From contig JAKAJD010000001.1 of the NCBI GenBank assembly GCA_021813945.1, positions 206,115-270,114 on the forward strand: a stretch of DNA of 64,000 nt. The letters are read 5' to 3'. This stretch comes from a bacterium. GTDB taxonomy: Bacteria > Patescibacteriota > Microgenomatia > Curtissbacterales > GWA2-41-24. The notes under the pieces are model-generated. The model was given only the letters and a program-made list of their open reading frames with translations. It had not been told where the DNA came from and searched no databases. Of this stretch, positions 29,208-38,217 are shown piece after piece (within the stretch, counting starts at the first letter, position 1; the number at the start of each line of letters is the position of its first letter). The translations under genes and the position numbers were made by a program.

Positions 29208-30164
29208 ATGAATTGGATTGATCTTGTAATTATTTTAGTTGTTTTGGCTTTTGCTATCGAAGGTCAGAGTCAAGGTTTTCTGGATCAAACATTAAATATT
29301 TTAGGGTTCGCATTTTCGCTTATTGCAGCGCTGCTATTTTATTCTTCTTTGGATAATGTATTATCAAAAGGTTTTAACTTATCACCCATAATCGCTGCTC
29401 CTATTGGATTTCTAATAATTTGGGTTGTAATAGAAACAGCATTTGCATTAATTATTAATGGTTTTCTCATAAAATATTTGCAAAAATTTGAAAAAAATAA
29501 GCTGAATCAATATTTAGGCTTTATACCCGCTATTTTTAATGCACTATTGTTTCTTTCATTTGTGCTATTGCTTTTCGTGTCTCTACCTGTAAGACCGGAT
29601 TTAAAAAACGATGTCTTTAGATCCAAAATCGGATCTTACTTAGTACAAAAAGCGATAACTTTAGAGCGCCCCTTAGACAAGGTTTTTGGACCTATTACAA
29701 AACAGTCACTGACATTTTTAACAGTTGATCCCAAAGAAAGCGGCTCCATCGACCTGCACTTTAAACAAGACCAACTGACAATAAATTACACAGACGAACG
29801 AGAGATGCTAAATCTAGTAAATAGTGAAAGGGCAAAAGTAGGAGTAGCACCCCTAACATGGAGCAATGCTTTGGCAGGTGTTGCCAGAGCTCACAGTGAG
29901 GATATGTTCAAACGTGGCTATTTTTCACACTTTTCGCCGGAAGGAAAAGACGTCGGGGACCGACTTTCGGATTCCGGCATTCCTTATACTTACGCTGGTG
30001 AAAACCTTGCACTTGCGCCAAATTTGCAAACAGCATTCCAGGGTTTAATGGGCAGTGAAGGCCACCGCCGGAATATGCTGGACCCAGCTTTTCATAAAAT
30101 AGGCATTGGCGCTGTAAACGGTGGTGTTTATGGCGAAATGTTTACACAAGTCTTTACCGAATGA
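29208..30164 (+). CDS. fusion of a CvpA-family membrane domain (N-terminal) with a CAP/SCP/PR-1 extracellular domain (C-terminal)
   Basis: The N-terminal 4-TM region resembles CvpA. The C-terminus has CAP motifs: ...LTWSNALAGVARAHSEDM..., HFSPEG, GENLA, GHRRNML. Confidence 0.7.
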   Translation: MNWIDLVIILVVLAFAIEGQSQGFLDQTLNILGFAFSLIAALLFYSSLDNVLSKGFNLSPIIAAPIGFLIIWVVIETAFALIINGFLIKYLQKFEKNKLNQYLGFIPAIFNALLFLSFVLLLFVSLPVRPDLKNDVFRSKIGSYLVQKAITLERPLDKVFGPITKQSLTFLTVDPKESGSIDLHFKQDQLTINYTDEREMLNLVNSERAKVGVAPLTWSNALAGVARAHSEDMFKRGYFSHFSPEGKDVGDRLSDSGIPYTYAGENLALAPNLQTAFQGLMGSEGHRRNMLDPAFHKIGIGAVNGGVYGEMFTQVFTE

Positions 30165-31711
30165 CGAAAAAACTCCCAAAATCATTACAAGTTTTTCTCA
30201 TCTTAATTCTTGCCCTCTTCTTGCTTACGCGAAAAATTGATAAACCCTTTTGGGGACATCACGACTGGAATAGCGTTGTCTACAGTAATATTGCAAGAAA
30301 CTATATTAGATATGGATATATAAAAACTAAATTTGGACAGGTCACGTCTGTTGATTTACAGAAACCTGAACATTTCACATATATCACTCATTACCCGCCA
30401 TTACTCCCGATTTTGATAAGCATAAATTTTCGTATATTCGGCCAATCAGAACTTGCTGCACGATCAACGATCGTCCTTTTTTCATTAATTTTAATTTTTT
30501 TCATTTATGAAATCGGTAATGAATTAGGAGGCAAATTGATGGGATCTCTAGCTTCAATATCTCTTACATTAACTCCTATTTTCATGTATTTCGGGAAATT
30601 ACCTGTTCACGACACAATAGTTCCTGCTATATCAGCAGCAGGTTTTTGGTCGTATATAAGATATATCAAAACGAAATCAAACAAATATTATGCACTCCTT
30701 GCCATAACTATTATTATAGGGGGCTTAATAAACTGGAGCGCATATTACTTAGTTCCAGCACTTCTATTTATGCAAATTACAACTAAAGCTGGTAAACAAA
30801 TAAGAGGCAATATCTATAAACTAATGCCACTCGCTATTCTTATTTTCTTAATTCAAATAATCCACACCAATATCTTGGATAGCGCATCTACAGGTTCAAT
30901 TTTCAGTAATGTTCTCGAGAGAATAGATCCTTATCTGACATCATCTCTTTATGGCTTTGCATTTTTCAAATACATAAGGCAAGAACTTTTATACCTAAGA
31001 ATTTATTACACAATGCCGGTGTTTTTAGGTTCTGCTTTTTTTATTCTGTTGACACTTTTTAATATATTTAAAAAGCAAAGAAGGTTAAATTCGGAGCAAC
31101 TTTTTATTTACGCACTATTTATTTACGGCGCTATCCAGCTTGTTCTTTTTTCTCAACTTTCATTTATTCATGATTATATGATCTATTATCTGGCGCCTTT
31201 TATGAGTTTATCCTTTGCCTACATTGCAACAAAAATGATAGACCCTTTTAAAAAATCTCTCATATGCCCGATTCTCTTGATTGGAATATTCTACTTCATA
31301 TTTGTAAGCCAGCTGAAATTTACTAAAGCCCTCATCGCAACAGATACAAATAAAAGGGGATTTCTTGTAGGTCAGTTAATAAATAAAGAATCGCCTTCAG
31401 GATCCTTAAGTTATATAACATCAAATTCATACAAAGAGTTTCAGGAAGTATTTATCGGTTATTATTCAGACAGAAATGTATCTTACGGGGAAAGTTTACC
31501 AAGGGATTTTGAAAGTAAATACGAGCTAATCGTAAGGCCAAAAGACCATGACCCTTTGCCGGTTGAACAAAAAGAAATTTTAGATACAAGATACCTGCGT
31601 TACGAAGATAATAATTTTATCTGGTACAAAACGAAGTTTACGCGAAGCAAATTTAACGTTTCTTCTCTACGGTCTCTACAACATCTAGAAGCCACGGATT
31701 TTCATCAATAA
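30161..31711 (+). CDS. GT-C fold membrane glycosyltransferase (ArnT/PMT family, GT39/GT83-like)
   Basis: N-terminal FWGHHDWNSVVYSNIARN, HYPPLLPIL and more than 10 TM helices are typical of ArnT/PMT_2 enzymes. ATGA overlap with the CvpA-CAP gene. Confidence 0.7.
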   Translation: MTKKLPKSLQVFLILILALFLLTRKIDKPFWGHHDWNSVVYSNIARNYIRYGYIKTKFGQVTSVDLQKPEHFTYITHYPPLLPILISINFRIFGQSELAARSTIVLFSLILIFFIYEIGNELGGKLMGSLASISLTLTPIFMYFGKLPVHDTIVPAISAAGFWSYIRYIKTKSNKYYALLAITIIIGGLINWSAYYLVPALLFMQITTKAGKQIRGNIYKLMPLAILIFLIQIIHTNILDSASTGSIFSNVLERIDPYLTSSLYGFAFFKYIRQELLYLRIYYTMPVFLGSAFFILLTLFNIFKKQRRLNSEQLFIYALFIYGAIQLVLFSQLSFIHDYMIYYLAPFMSLSFAYIATKMIDPFKKSLICPILLIGIFYFIFVSQLKFTKALIATDTNKRGFLVGQLINKESPSGSLSYITSNSYKEFQEVFIGYYSDRNVSYGESLPRDFESKYELIVRPKDHDPLPVEQKEILDTRYLRYEDNNFIWYKTKFTRSKFNVSSLRSLQHLEATDFHQ

Positions 31712-31958
31712 GCTGAGCGGTTGTACGCTCTTTATAATCCGAAAGGTCCCTCCTGTAAATTCCTTTCCAGTTTCCAGTCAAACCCTCGATGCGAGCTTCC
31801 TTTATTTCAACCATGCGCCTTATATGTGCAAGATCTCTAAGTAAATTGTCGTAGGGATTATCGGTTACTTGGTGTTGTGAATTTTCGCCAGGAACCTGTC
31901 TTCGTTCTGCCTCTGCTCCCAAACCATGCTCTATAGCCTCAATGCTTATCGCAGACAC
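31653..31958 (-). CDS. hypothetical protein (101 aa), last gene of the dinB operon
   Basis: ORF only. Co-directional, 27 nt downstream of dinB. Its 3' end overlaps the convergent glycosyltransferase gene by 59 nt. Confidence 0.35.
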   Translation of the reverse strand: MSAISIEAIEHGLGAEAERRQVPGENSQHQVTDNPYDNLLRDLAHIRRMVEIKEARIEGLTGNWKGIYRRDLSDYKERTTAQLIDENPWLLDVVETVEKKR

Positions 31959-31985
31959 TTATTATAGGTTAATTATATACCTTTT

Positions 31986-33266
31986 TCACGCCTTTTTCAA
32001 GAAATTTATCCTGTAGCTTTTGTCTCCAAAATAACCGGTCACTTCCGGCATTACAATTGGCATCCCCAAAAGCTGTCCAGGGAAAACAGTATAATGGCCA
32101 AAACGGCTGTTTATCCTATCAACCGACGATACTAGTCTTACACGCCTTCTCTCTTCATCAAAAAGCGGTACAGGTTGGTGTCTGCTCGCTGTAAGCATTC
32201 CAAGCGTAACTCCGCAAAAAATTATGTTTTTAGGTTGCCACTCGTCAGCAATCTGCTTACAAACCCTAAAAAGGTCTTGGCCTGTATTGATGTAACTTGC
32301 CAAGGTTTTGTGTCCATACCAGGATTTAGCCTCAGCATCGCTTTTTAAGTTCCCAGACCATTGCCTTGGCGAGGTTCTAAGACAAAACCCTACGTAACGC
32401 CCACAAAGCCTCATTGCACGGGCTTTTTCGGCGGCTTCCTCGCATAAATTTCGAGTAACTTTATAAATCTCAGATCTGCTTTCTAAAATCCTGTGTGCGG
32501 TATAAGTTCTGCCGACCGATTTGGCGTCTGGAATAGAATCAAGCCCAACTAAAGGACTGTTATCGATCCCTCTGGCAACATTATAAAGGTGTAAAGACCA
32601 ATAAGGCCCAAAATGTTTATATAAAAAGGGGAGTGATTGTTTTCGCAATTTGGCAAAATCATTTATCCCCAGGCTCGTTAAATGGCTATAAAGGCCCCAG
32701 CCGAGTCCGCAAATCTCCATCAATTTGGATTTGTCCAAAACCTCAAGCATATTATCGTGTGTAATCCAAAAAAGGCCATCAGGCTTGATTTGTTCAGAGG
32801 CAAGCTTAGCCAAAAGCTTATTGTGGGAAATTCCAACAGAACAAGTTAAATAATCACCAACTTCTCGCAGTCTCTTTTTAATATCAAATGCAATATTAAA
32901 AGCATTACCCCAGAACTTTTCAGTTTCAGTTACATCTATAAAACATTCATCCAGTGAAAAAACTTCGCAAAGCGGCGAATAACTTGAACAGATATCAATA
33001 AATTTCCGGCTTATATATTCGTATTTTGAAAAATCCGCAGGTACGAGAATAATTTCGGGGCAAAGTTTTCTAGCGTCATATGTTCTTGAACCTGTTCCAA
33101 CGCCTTTACGTTTGGCTTCAACAGAGGCCGCGATAATACAGCTTCTACCACGGGCTTTAACAACGCCAACAGGCTTCCCCCGGAGCGCAGGATTAGCTTG
33201 CTGTTCGGCCGTTGCAAAAAAGCTGTTTAAATCCGCATGGATGATAACTCGCTTGTCATTTTGCAT
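31986..33266 (-). CDS. dinB: DNA polymerase IV (Y-family translesion polymerase, DinB/UmuC-like)
   Basis: VIIHADLNSFFATAEQ...SCIIAASVEAKRKGV is the Y-family palm. 426 aa. Confidence 0.9.
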   Translation of the reverse strand: MQNDKRVIIHADLNSFFATAEQQANPALRGKPVGVVKARGRSCIIAASVEAKRKGVGTGSRTYDARKLCPEIILVPADFSKYEYISRKFIDICSSYSPLCEVFSLDECFIDVTETEKFWGNAFNIAFDIKKRLREVGDYLTCSVGISHNKLLAKLASEQIKPDGLFWITHDNMLEVLDKSKLMEICGLGWGLYSHLTSLGINDFAKLRKQSLPFLYKHFGPYWSLHLYNVARGIDNSPLVGLDSIPDAKSVGRTYTAHRILESRSEIYKVTRNLCEEAAEKARAMRLCGRYVGFCLRTSPRQWSGNLKSDAEAKSWYGHKTLASYINTGQDLFRVCKQIADEWQPKNIIFCGVTLGMLTASRHQPVPLFDEERRRVRLVSSVDRINSRFGHYTVFPGQLLGMPIVMPEVTGYFGDKSYRINFLKKA

Positions 33267-33276
33267 TTAAAAACGA

Positions 33277-33603
33277 TTAAACTTTCTCTGTCACCTTTTT
33301 GACCTTCCATATATAATTATTTGCATTGTATTCGAGTTCAAAATTTGCAGTATCCGAAGCGCAAACCAAATCGACCATCCGTGAATCACCAACTCGCCTA
33401 GAAGAGGAAAAAATTACCTTATCAAACTTTACAAAGCGCCGGTTCCAATTCATTGCAATAGGGAAAATTCCTTGATCAAAAAAAGCCCAAACTTTTACCT
33501 TATCATCAACCTCAGTATCCATAATCTCTTTATACCCAAATAAAACCCGAAAATCAAGTGGCAATTTAGCTAGATCTGTAGTATTCTCTAAATCCTTAGC
33601 CAA
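33277..33603 (-). CDS. hypothetical protein (108 aa), first gene of the dinB operon
   Basis: ORF only. 10-nt spacing to dinB. Lies 8 nt from the divergent rhomboid gene. Confidence 0.45.
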   Translation of the reverse strand: MAKDLENTTDLAKLPLDFRVLFGYKEIMDTEVDDKVKVWAFFDQGIFPIAMNWNRRFVKFDKVIFSSSRRVGDSRMVDLVCASDTANFELEYNANNYIWKVKKVTEKV

Positions 33604-33611
33604 AATTTAAA

Positions 33612-34271
33612 ATGTTTCCTATAAGAGATACTAAAAATTCCAATAAATTTCCTTTTGTAAACCTGGCAATAATAGGCACAAATATTTATGTTTTTTATCT
33701 TGAGCTGACAAACCCCGCAATCGAACAATTTATAGGCAAATACGCTCTAATACCGGCAAACATTAACTTTGCAGACATAAACACGCTATCACCGTTTGTG
33801 ACTTCGATGTTTCTGCACGCTGGGTTTTTACATATCATCTCTAACATGTGGTTTTTGTGGATTTTTGGTGACAACGTAGAAGCTAAAATTGGTCACATAA
33901 AGTACTTTACTTTTTACATATTTTGCGGAATCGTGGCAGCATTTGTGCAATATATATTTACGGCAAGCTCTAACATACCAATGCTAGGCGCATCTGGCGC
34001 GATAGCGGGTGTCCTGGGCGCTTATTTAAGGTTTTTTCCCCGCAACAAAGTTGACACGTTAATACCGGTTTTTTTCTTACCGCTTGTTATTAGTATTCCT
34101 GCGGTTTTTATGTTAGTTTACTGGTTTTTAATTCAAGCTTTTTCTACCTTTTCAGCCATAACCGAAACAGCCGGCGGCTTCGACGGCATTGCCTACAGTG
34201 CTCATATAGGAGGATTTTTAATTGGTTTTATAACAGCCCGCTATTTTGTATGGCAAAGCAGACGATTTTGA
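33612..34271 (+). CDS. rhomboid family intramembrane serine protease
   Basis: GASGAIAGVLGAY (GxSG) and the AHIGGFLIG catalytic His. Six TM helices. Confidence 0.85.
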   Translation: MFPIRDTKNSNKFPFVNLAIIGTNIYVFYLELTNPAIEQFIGKYALIPANINFADINTLSPFVTSMFLHAGFLHIISNMWFLWIFGDNVEAKIGHIKYFTFYIFCGIVAAFVQYIFTASSNIPMLGASGAIAGVLGAYLRFFPRNKVDTLIPVFFLPLVISIPAVFMLVYWFLIQAFSTFSAITETAGGFDGIAYSAHIGGFLIGFITARYFVWQSRRF

Positions 34272-34290
34272 CTTAGAATGAAATAAGGCA

Positions 34291-35334
34291 ATGTCACAAC
34301 CGTCGTATAGGGAATATCTTGATATCCTCAAAGGTCCAAGTACTCAAAAAAAAGTTTTCAAAAGTATCTTTCTTACTATTTTTATTGCATTGTTTCTTGT
34401 CGTTGGCACAGTAAGTTCCCTGTTCTTTTACTATAAAAAAAACATTGAGCCGCAAATAATTGCTTCGGATTTCATTCAAAGTACATCTGTTGGGTTCATT
34501 TCAACCAAGCAGTCCCTAAATGACGTGCTGGACACATTTCAAGTAGCCGGTGAAAAAGTTTCCGTAATTGATAAATTACAAAACAGTCAAAATTCCGAAG
34601 ATGGATATTTCGTGGACCTGCAAGATAAACAAAAATTACTGGAAAAGATACGCGTTGCAAAGGAAAATATCGAGTTTCAAAAAGGCCAACTTCAAAAAAC
34701 AAAATCACCGACAGAATTTAACAGCTTAACACAAGACCTTGTAAACTATTACAGCCAATCCGAAATCTTGCTTTCTCAAACGCAAAAAAATCACGAGTAT
34801 TTCAAAAACATGCTCCTAGCACTTGGGCCGGATTTCTATTTACCAATTCTTTCAAGCGACGCAGCATGGAACTCACAAGATCCTCAAAAAGTCCTTGCCT
34901 ATTACGAGGACAAAAGAACCAAAGCTCAGGATGCACTAACCAGCGTGGCTAAACTCTCACCACAGCCTGATTTTACAGATTATTATCAAGATGAAATAGC
35001 ATACTTGGAACTTTTTGCAAATCTCTCAGGCGATATAACTTCAATTCTAAAAACGCGGCAAGAGCAAAAACCGGACGAAGCACAACCTCTAGAGAAGGCA
35101 TACCAAAAGTTGATAAATGCACAATCAAAAAATAGTGTAATCGCAAGTCGTCTGCTTTCAGAAAAACAAAGGCTGCTTCTTCTAAACGAAAATCTAGACA
35201 AATTTGCGGCGGTAAGATTTCAAGGCAATTCTCTTGAATCAAGAATTAAGGAAGAAAATGCAAAATTTCAAAACGATTCAAGCCTAATTCCGACTTTGGT
35301 TAAATTCATCCATTCCCGAATCAAGACAACATGA
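34291..35334 (+). CDS. hypothetical membrane-anchored protein (single N-terminal TM, helical ectodomain)
   Basis: TM helix IFLTIFIALFLVVGTVSSLFFYY. The remainder is hydrophilic and helix-prone. Confidence 0.5.
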   Translation: MSQPSYREYLDILKGPSTQKKVFKSIFLTIFIALFLVVGTVSSLFFYYKKNIEPQIIASDFIQSTSVGFISTKQSLNDVLDTFQVAGEKVSVIDKLQNSQNSEDGYFVDLQDKQKLLEKIRVAKENIEFQKGQLQKTKSPTEFNSLTQDLVNYYSQSEILLSQTQKNHEYFKNMLLALGPDFYLPILSSDAAWNSQDPQKVLAYYEDKRTKAQDALTSVAKLSPQPDFTDYYQDEIAYLELFANLSGDITSILKTRQEQKPDEAQPLEKAYQKLINAQSKNSVIASRLLSEKQRLLLLNENLDKFAAVRFQGNSLESRIKEENAKFQNDSSLIPTLVKFIHSRIKTT

Positions 35335-35396
35335 AATTTGGTCCTTTACAATTGGCCTGTTAAATTTGTTAAAATTACATAAAGGAGGCTAATTTT

Positions 35397-35633
35397 ATGG
35401 ATCCCAACGACCAGAACCAAATGCCACCGGCAGACGGTGATAATGGCCAGGCACCAACTCCTCCGGCTCCGGAACCAACACCAACTCCGGCTCCGGAAGA
35501 ACCAGCTCAGGGTGGAATGGATGTTCCTCCAGCACCACCAGCAGGTGAAGATCAAGGTCTTCCAGTCCCGCCACCAGCAGGCGAGCCTGAAGTTCCTTCA
35601 GAAACACCTGCTCCTGAAACTCCTCAACAGTAA
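35397..35633 (+). CDS. small acidic Pro/Ala/Glu/Thr-rich low-complexity protein (78 aa)
   Basis: A perfect SD (AAAGGAGG) lies 8 nt upstream of the ATG. Local GC spike. Sequence PAPEPTPTPAPEEPA...PPAPPAGEDQGLPVPPPAGEPEVPSETPAPETPQQ. Confidence 0.5.
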   Translation: MDPNDQNQMPPADGDNGQAPTPPAPEPTPTPAPEEPAQGGMDVPPAPPAGEDQGLPVPPPAGEPEVPSETPAPETPQQ

Positions 35634-35689
35634 GGCTTTAGCCTTCTTAAAAATGGGGCAGCTAAAGTTCCTTTCAGAAGGGAGCATGG

Positions 35690-36358
35690 TTGACGTTAAA
35701 AAAATTTAAAACAGCTTTAAAAAGTTCGGTTGTTATTGGAGTGGTCGTATTCTATGGTTTGGCCGCGTTTATTGTCGGTAGATATACTTCGTCAAAAACT
35801 CCCGAGCAAGTAAAAGGGGTTAGAACTGAATCGACCGGTGACCAGATAGAGAAACCACAGCCTTACACAGACATTCAAAGCGGGTCGGTCATAGCCTCAA
35901 GTGTAAATTTTTGCTCAAACACAGTCTATTCTTTCCAACTCGCCTATCCTAAAGACTGGTTTACGACTTATAACAATAAGTATCAGGAGTGTACCTTTTT
36001 TGCACCGTTTTCCTTTGTTGTTCCAGGCTACCTAGAACATGATATTGTGCCCATAACAGTTGTTCCAGTTGCTCCAGCAGACTGGCAAACCACAGTCAAA
36101 CTCTATGAAAACCCCAACGATTACCAAAATGTTACATCCACAAAAAACGTTGAGATAAATGGAAGATCAACAGAAATAATCGACTCAACTTCAACGGGAA
36201 ATGGTTTTGTACCATTAGGTTTAGTTAAAAAAAGCTACCTTATATTTGATGGAAGAATGCCGCTTGTTATCTATTACCAGCAGCTGAATTCAAATGAAGA
36301 CGTTTTACGAACAGAAAAAGTTTTAGAAGAAACAGTAAGCAGCCTCAAATATTTTTAG
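35690..36358 (+). CDS. hypothetical membrane-anchored protein (N-terminal TM, about 190-aa extracytoplasmic domain)
   Basis: TTG start preceded by AAGGGAG. TM helix VVIGVVVFYGLAAFIVG. Confidence 0.5.
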   Translation: MTLKKFKTALKSSVVIGVVVFYGLAAFIVGRYTSSKTPEQVKGVRTESTGDQIEKPQPYTDIQSGSVIASSVNFCSNTVYSFQLAYPKDWFTTYNNKYQECTFFAPFSFVVPGYLEHDIVPITVVPVAPADWQTTVKLYENPNDYQNVTSTKNVEINGRSTEIIDSTSTGNGFVPLGLVKKSYLIFDGRMPLVIYYQQLNSNEDVLRTEKVLEETVSSLKYF

Positions 36359-36489
36359 ATAAAGAAAAGGCCTCTCTTGCGAGAAGCCCTTTCGAGTTGC
36401 CTATCTTGCGATAAGCACACATTTTATACATCTTGAAAAAAATCATGTCAAGGGATCAAAATGAGGCTAAATGCTATACTAGCTGAGTT

Positions 36490-37755
36490 ATGAAAATCCA
36501 AGAAGGTCAAGAAATTTATACCATTGCCGAGGTTAATCAGTCCGCAAAGCTTCTTTTGGAAGAGATGATCTTGTGGGTAGAGGGCGAAATTTCCCAAGTG
36601 CAAAAAGACCCAAAATGGTTCAACACTTTTATAACCTTAAAGGATGAAGGCAATGTGCTTGCTTGTTTTATGGAATCCGCTAGATTTTCGGCTCTCCCCG
36701 AAATAAAAGTTGGTGACAAAATAATAGCTTTCGGTAATCTAACCCTTTTCAAAAAAAATGAATATAAATTCAAAATAATAACAATCAAGCAAAACGGCGA
36801 TGGTGTTTTGCAACAGCAATTTCAAAAACTTTACGAAAAGCTTAAAAAAGAAGGCCTTTTCGAAGAAAGCAGAAAGAAAGATCTCCCAAAATATCCAAAA
36901 AAAATTTGTGTTGTGACGTCAATGGGCTCCGCCGGTTGGCACGATTTCAAAACCATAAGTGCCGATAAATACCCGCTTATAGAACTTTTTACTTTTGACA
37001 CAACAGTTAGCGGCCCTAAAGCAATAGGCCAACTTGTCAAAAAGTTGCCAATAGTCGACACAAAAGGCTTTGATGTTATCGCAATAACCAGAGGCGGCGG
37101 AGATGAAGCTTCACTTCTCGAGGTCTTTAACGACGAGCAAGTAGTCAGAACAATATCAAAGATGAAAACGCCAACAGTTGTAGCAATTGGCCACGAAATC
37201 AATATTACACTGTCAGAGCTTGCAGCCGACAAAAGAGCTTCAACTCCTACAGATGCCGCGAATATTATTGTCCAATCATATTCAAATCTTGAAGAAAAAT
37301 TAGAGAATATTAACTTTTATCTAAATTCAAAATTTAAAAGGGTATTGTCGGAAAATCAGCAAGTGCTCGATTCATTCTATTTAAGATTTACCCAAACAAA
37401 AGTCTCATTCAGGGAATTGCCGCACAGACTAAAAGCTGCAGAAAGCTATCTGGAAAACAGCAAAAAGCGCTTGATAATTGACGGTCAGGATAAAACGCAG
37501 CAAATCAAAGACCAGATGTTTAAAAACGCATATTTTTTAATGCAGACAAAAGGGCAAGCAGAAAAGTCACTATACAAATCTCTTGAAATCCTATCACCAC
37601 AAAACACCCTTGAGCGAGGTTACTCAATAACTTACAACGAAAACGGCCAAATTGTAACGTCAGTAAACCTCGTTGAGCCTCAAAGTACAATTGATGTAAA
37701 ATTACGTGACGGAAAAATAAAAGCCAAAGTAAAATCGAAATACAAAAATGACTAA
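36490..37755 (+). CDS. xseA: exodeoxyribonuclease VII large subunit
   Basis: N-terminal OB fold and catalytic region KICVVTSMGSAGWHDF...AITRGGG...AIGHE. Confidence 0.9.
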   Translation: MKIQEGQEIYTIAEVNQSAKLLLEEMILWVEGEISQVQKDPKWFNTFITLKDEGNVLACFMESARFSALPEIKVGDKIIAFGNLTLFKKNEYKFKIITIKQNGDGVLQQQFQKLYEKLKKEGLFEESRKKDLPKYPKKICVVTSMGSAGWHDFKTISADKYPLIELFTFDTTVSGPKAIGQLVKKLPIVDTKGFDVIAITRGGGDEASLLEVFNDEQVVRTISKMKTPTVVAIGHEINITLSELAADKRASTPTDAANIIVQSYSNLEEKLENINFYLNSKFKRVLSENQQVLDSFYLRFTQTKVSFRELPHRLKAAESYLENSKKRLIIDGQDKTQQIKDQMFKNAYFLMQTKGQAEKSLYKSLEILSPQNTLERGYSITYNENGQIVTSVNLVEPQSTIDVKLRDGKIKAKVKSKYKND

Positions 37756-37957
37756 AAAACAGCAGGAGATAAATTTTTCTGGAGCTTTAGTAAGGTTAGA
37801 AGAAATTGTCTCAAAGCTTGAAGATCCGAATTTGGATTTAGAAAAAGGCTTAGAGCTTCTTGAAGAAGGTGTCAGGTTGCATAAACTCTGCCGCACAAAA
37901 CTAAAACAAGCGAATGAAAAGATCACCAAAATCCTGGAAGACGATAAAGATATTTAA
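37748..37957 (+). CDS. xseB: exodeoxyribonuclease VII small subunit
   Basis: FSGALVRLEEIVSKLEDPNLDLEKGLELLEEGVRL. 8-nt overlap with xseA. Confidence 0.8.
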   Translation: MTKKQQEINFSGALVRLEEIVSKLEDPNLDLEKGLELLEEGVRLHKLCRTKLKQANEKITKILEDDKDI

Positions 37958-37962
37958 AAAAA

Positions 37963-38217
37963 ATGAAAAAAAATCAAATTGGAAAAATACTTCATTACTT
38001 TGACAAAATAAAAGTAGCAGTTATAAAACTTGAAAATGGTGATCTAAAAATTGGAGACGAAATAGAAATAGTTGACCAGGAAGGCAATGCTTTATCCCAA
38101 AAAGTTGATTCAATGCAGATTGAACACGCTCAAATAGATATTGCCAAAGCAGGAGACGAATTTGGTCTAAAAGTTGAAAAAGCAGTTAAAGCAAAATCCA
38201 AGGTATTTAAAACTTAA
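37963..38217 (+). CDS. small beta-barrel protein resembling a stand-alone EF-Tu domain-2-like fold
   Basis: The pattern IKVAVIKLENGDLKIGDEIEIVD...QIDIAKAGDEFGLKV resembles the G-x-I-x-x-G-D-E-x-x-I...A-x-A-G-D-x-x-G-L signature of translation-factor domain II. Confidence 0.4.
   Translation: MKKNQIGKILHYFDKIKVAVIKLENGDLKIGDEIEIVDQEGNALSQKVDSMQIEHAQIDIAKAGDEFGLKVEKAVKAKSKVFKT

Noticed and set aside
33277-33603. Possible UmuD/S24-peptidase relationship of the ORF upstream of dinB (VGDSRM ... WKVKKV resembling GDSM ... TVKKL).
   Set aside because: The Ser-to-Lys spacing and the absent C-terminal beta-strands do not fit an S24 fold, and the match is too short to be trusted.
35346-35709. Overlapping ORFs 35346-35555(-), 35395-35607(-) and 35437-35709(+) across the Pro-rich gene.
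   Set aside because: These are artefacts of GC-rich low-complexity DNA. Only the 35397-35633 frame has a Shine-Dalgarno and a sensible start.
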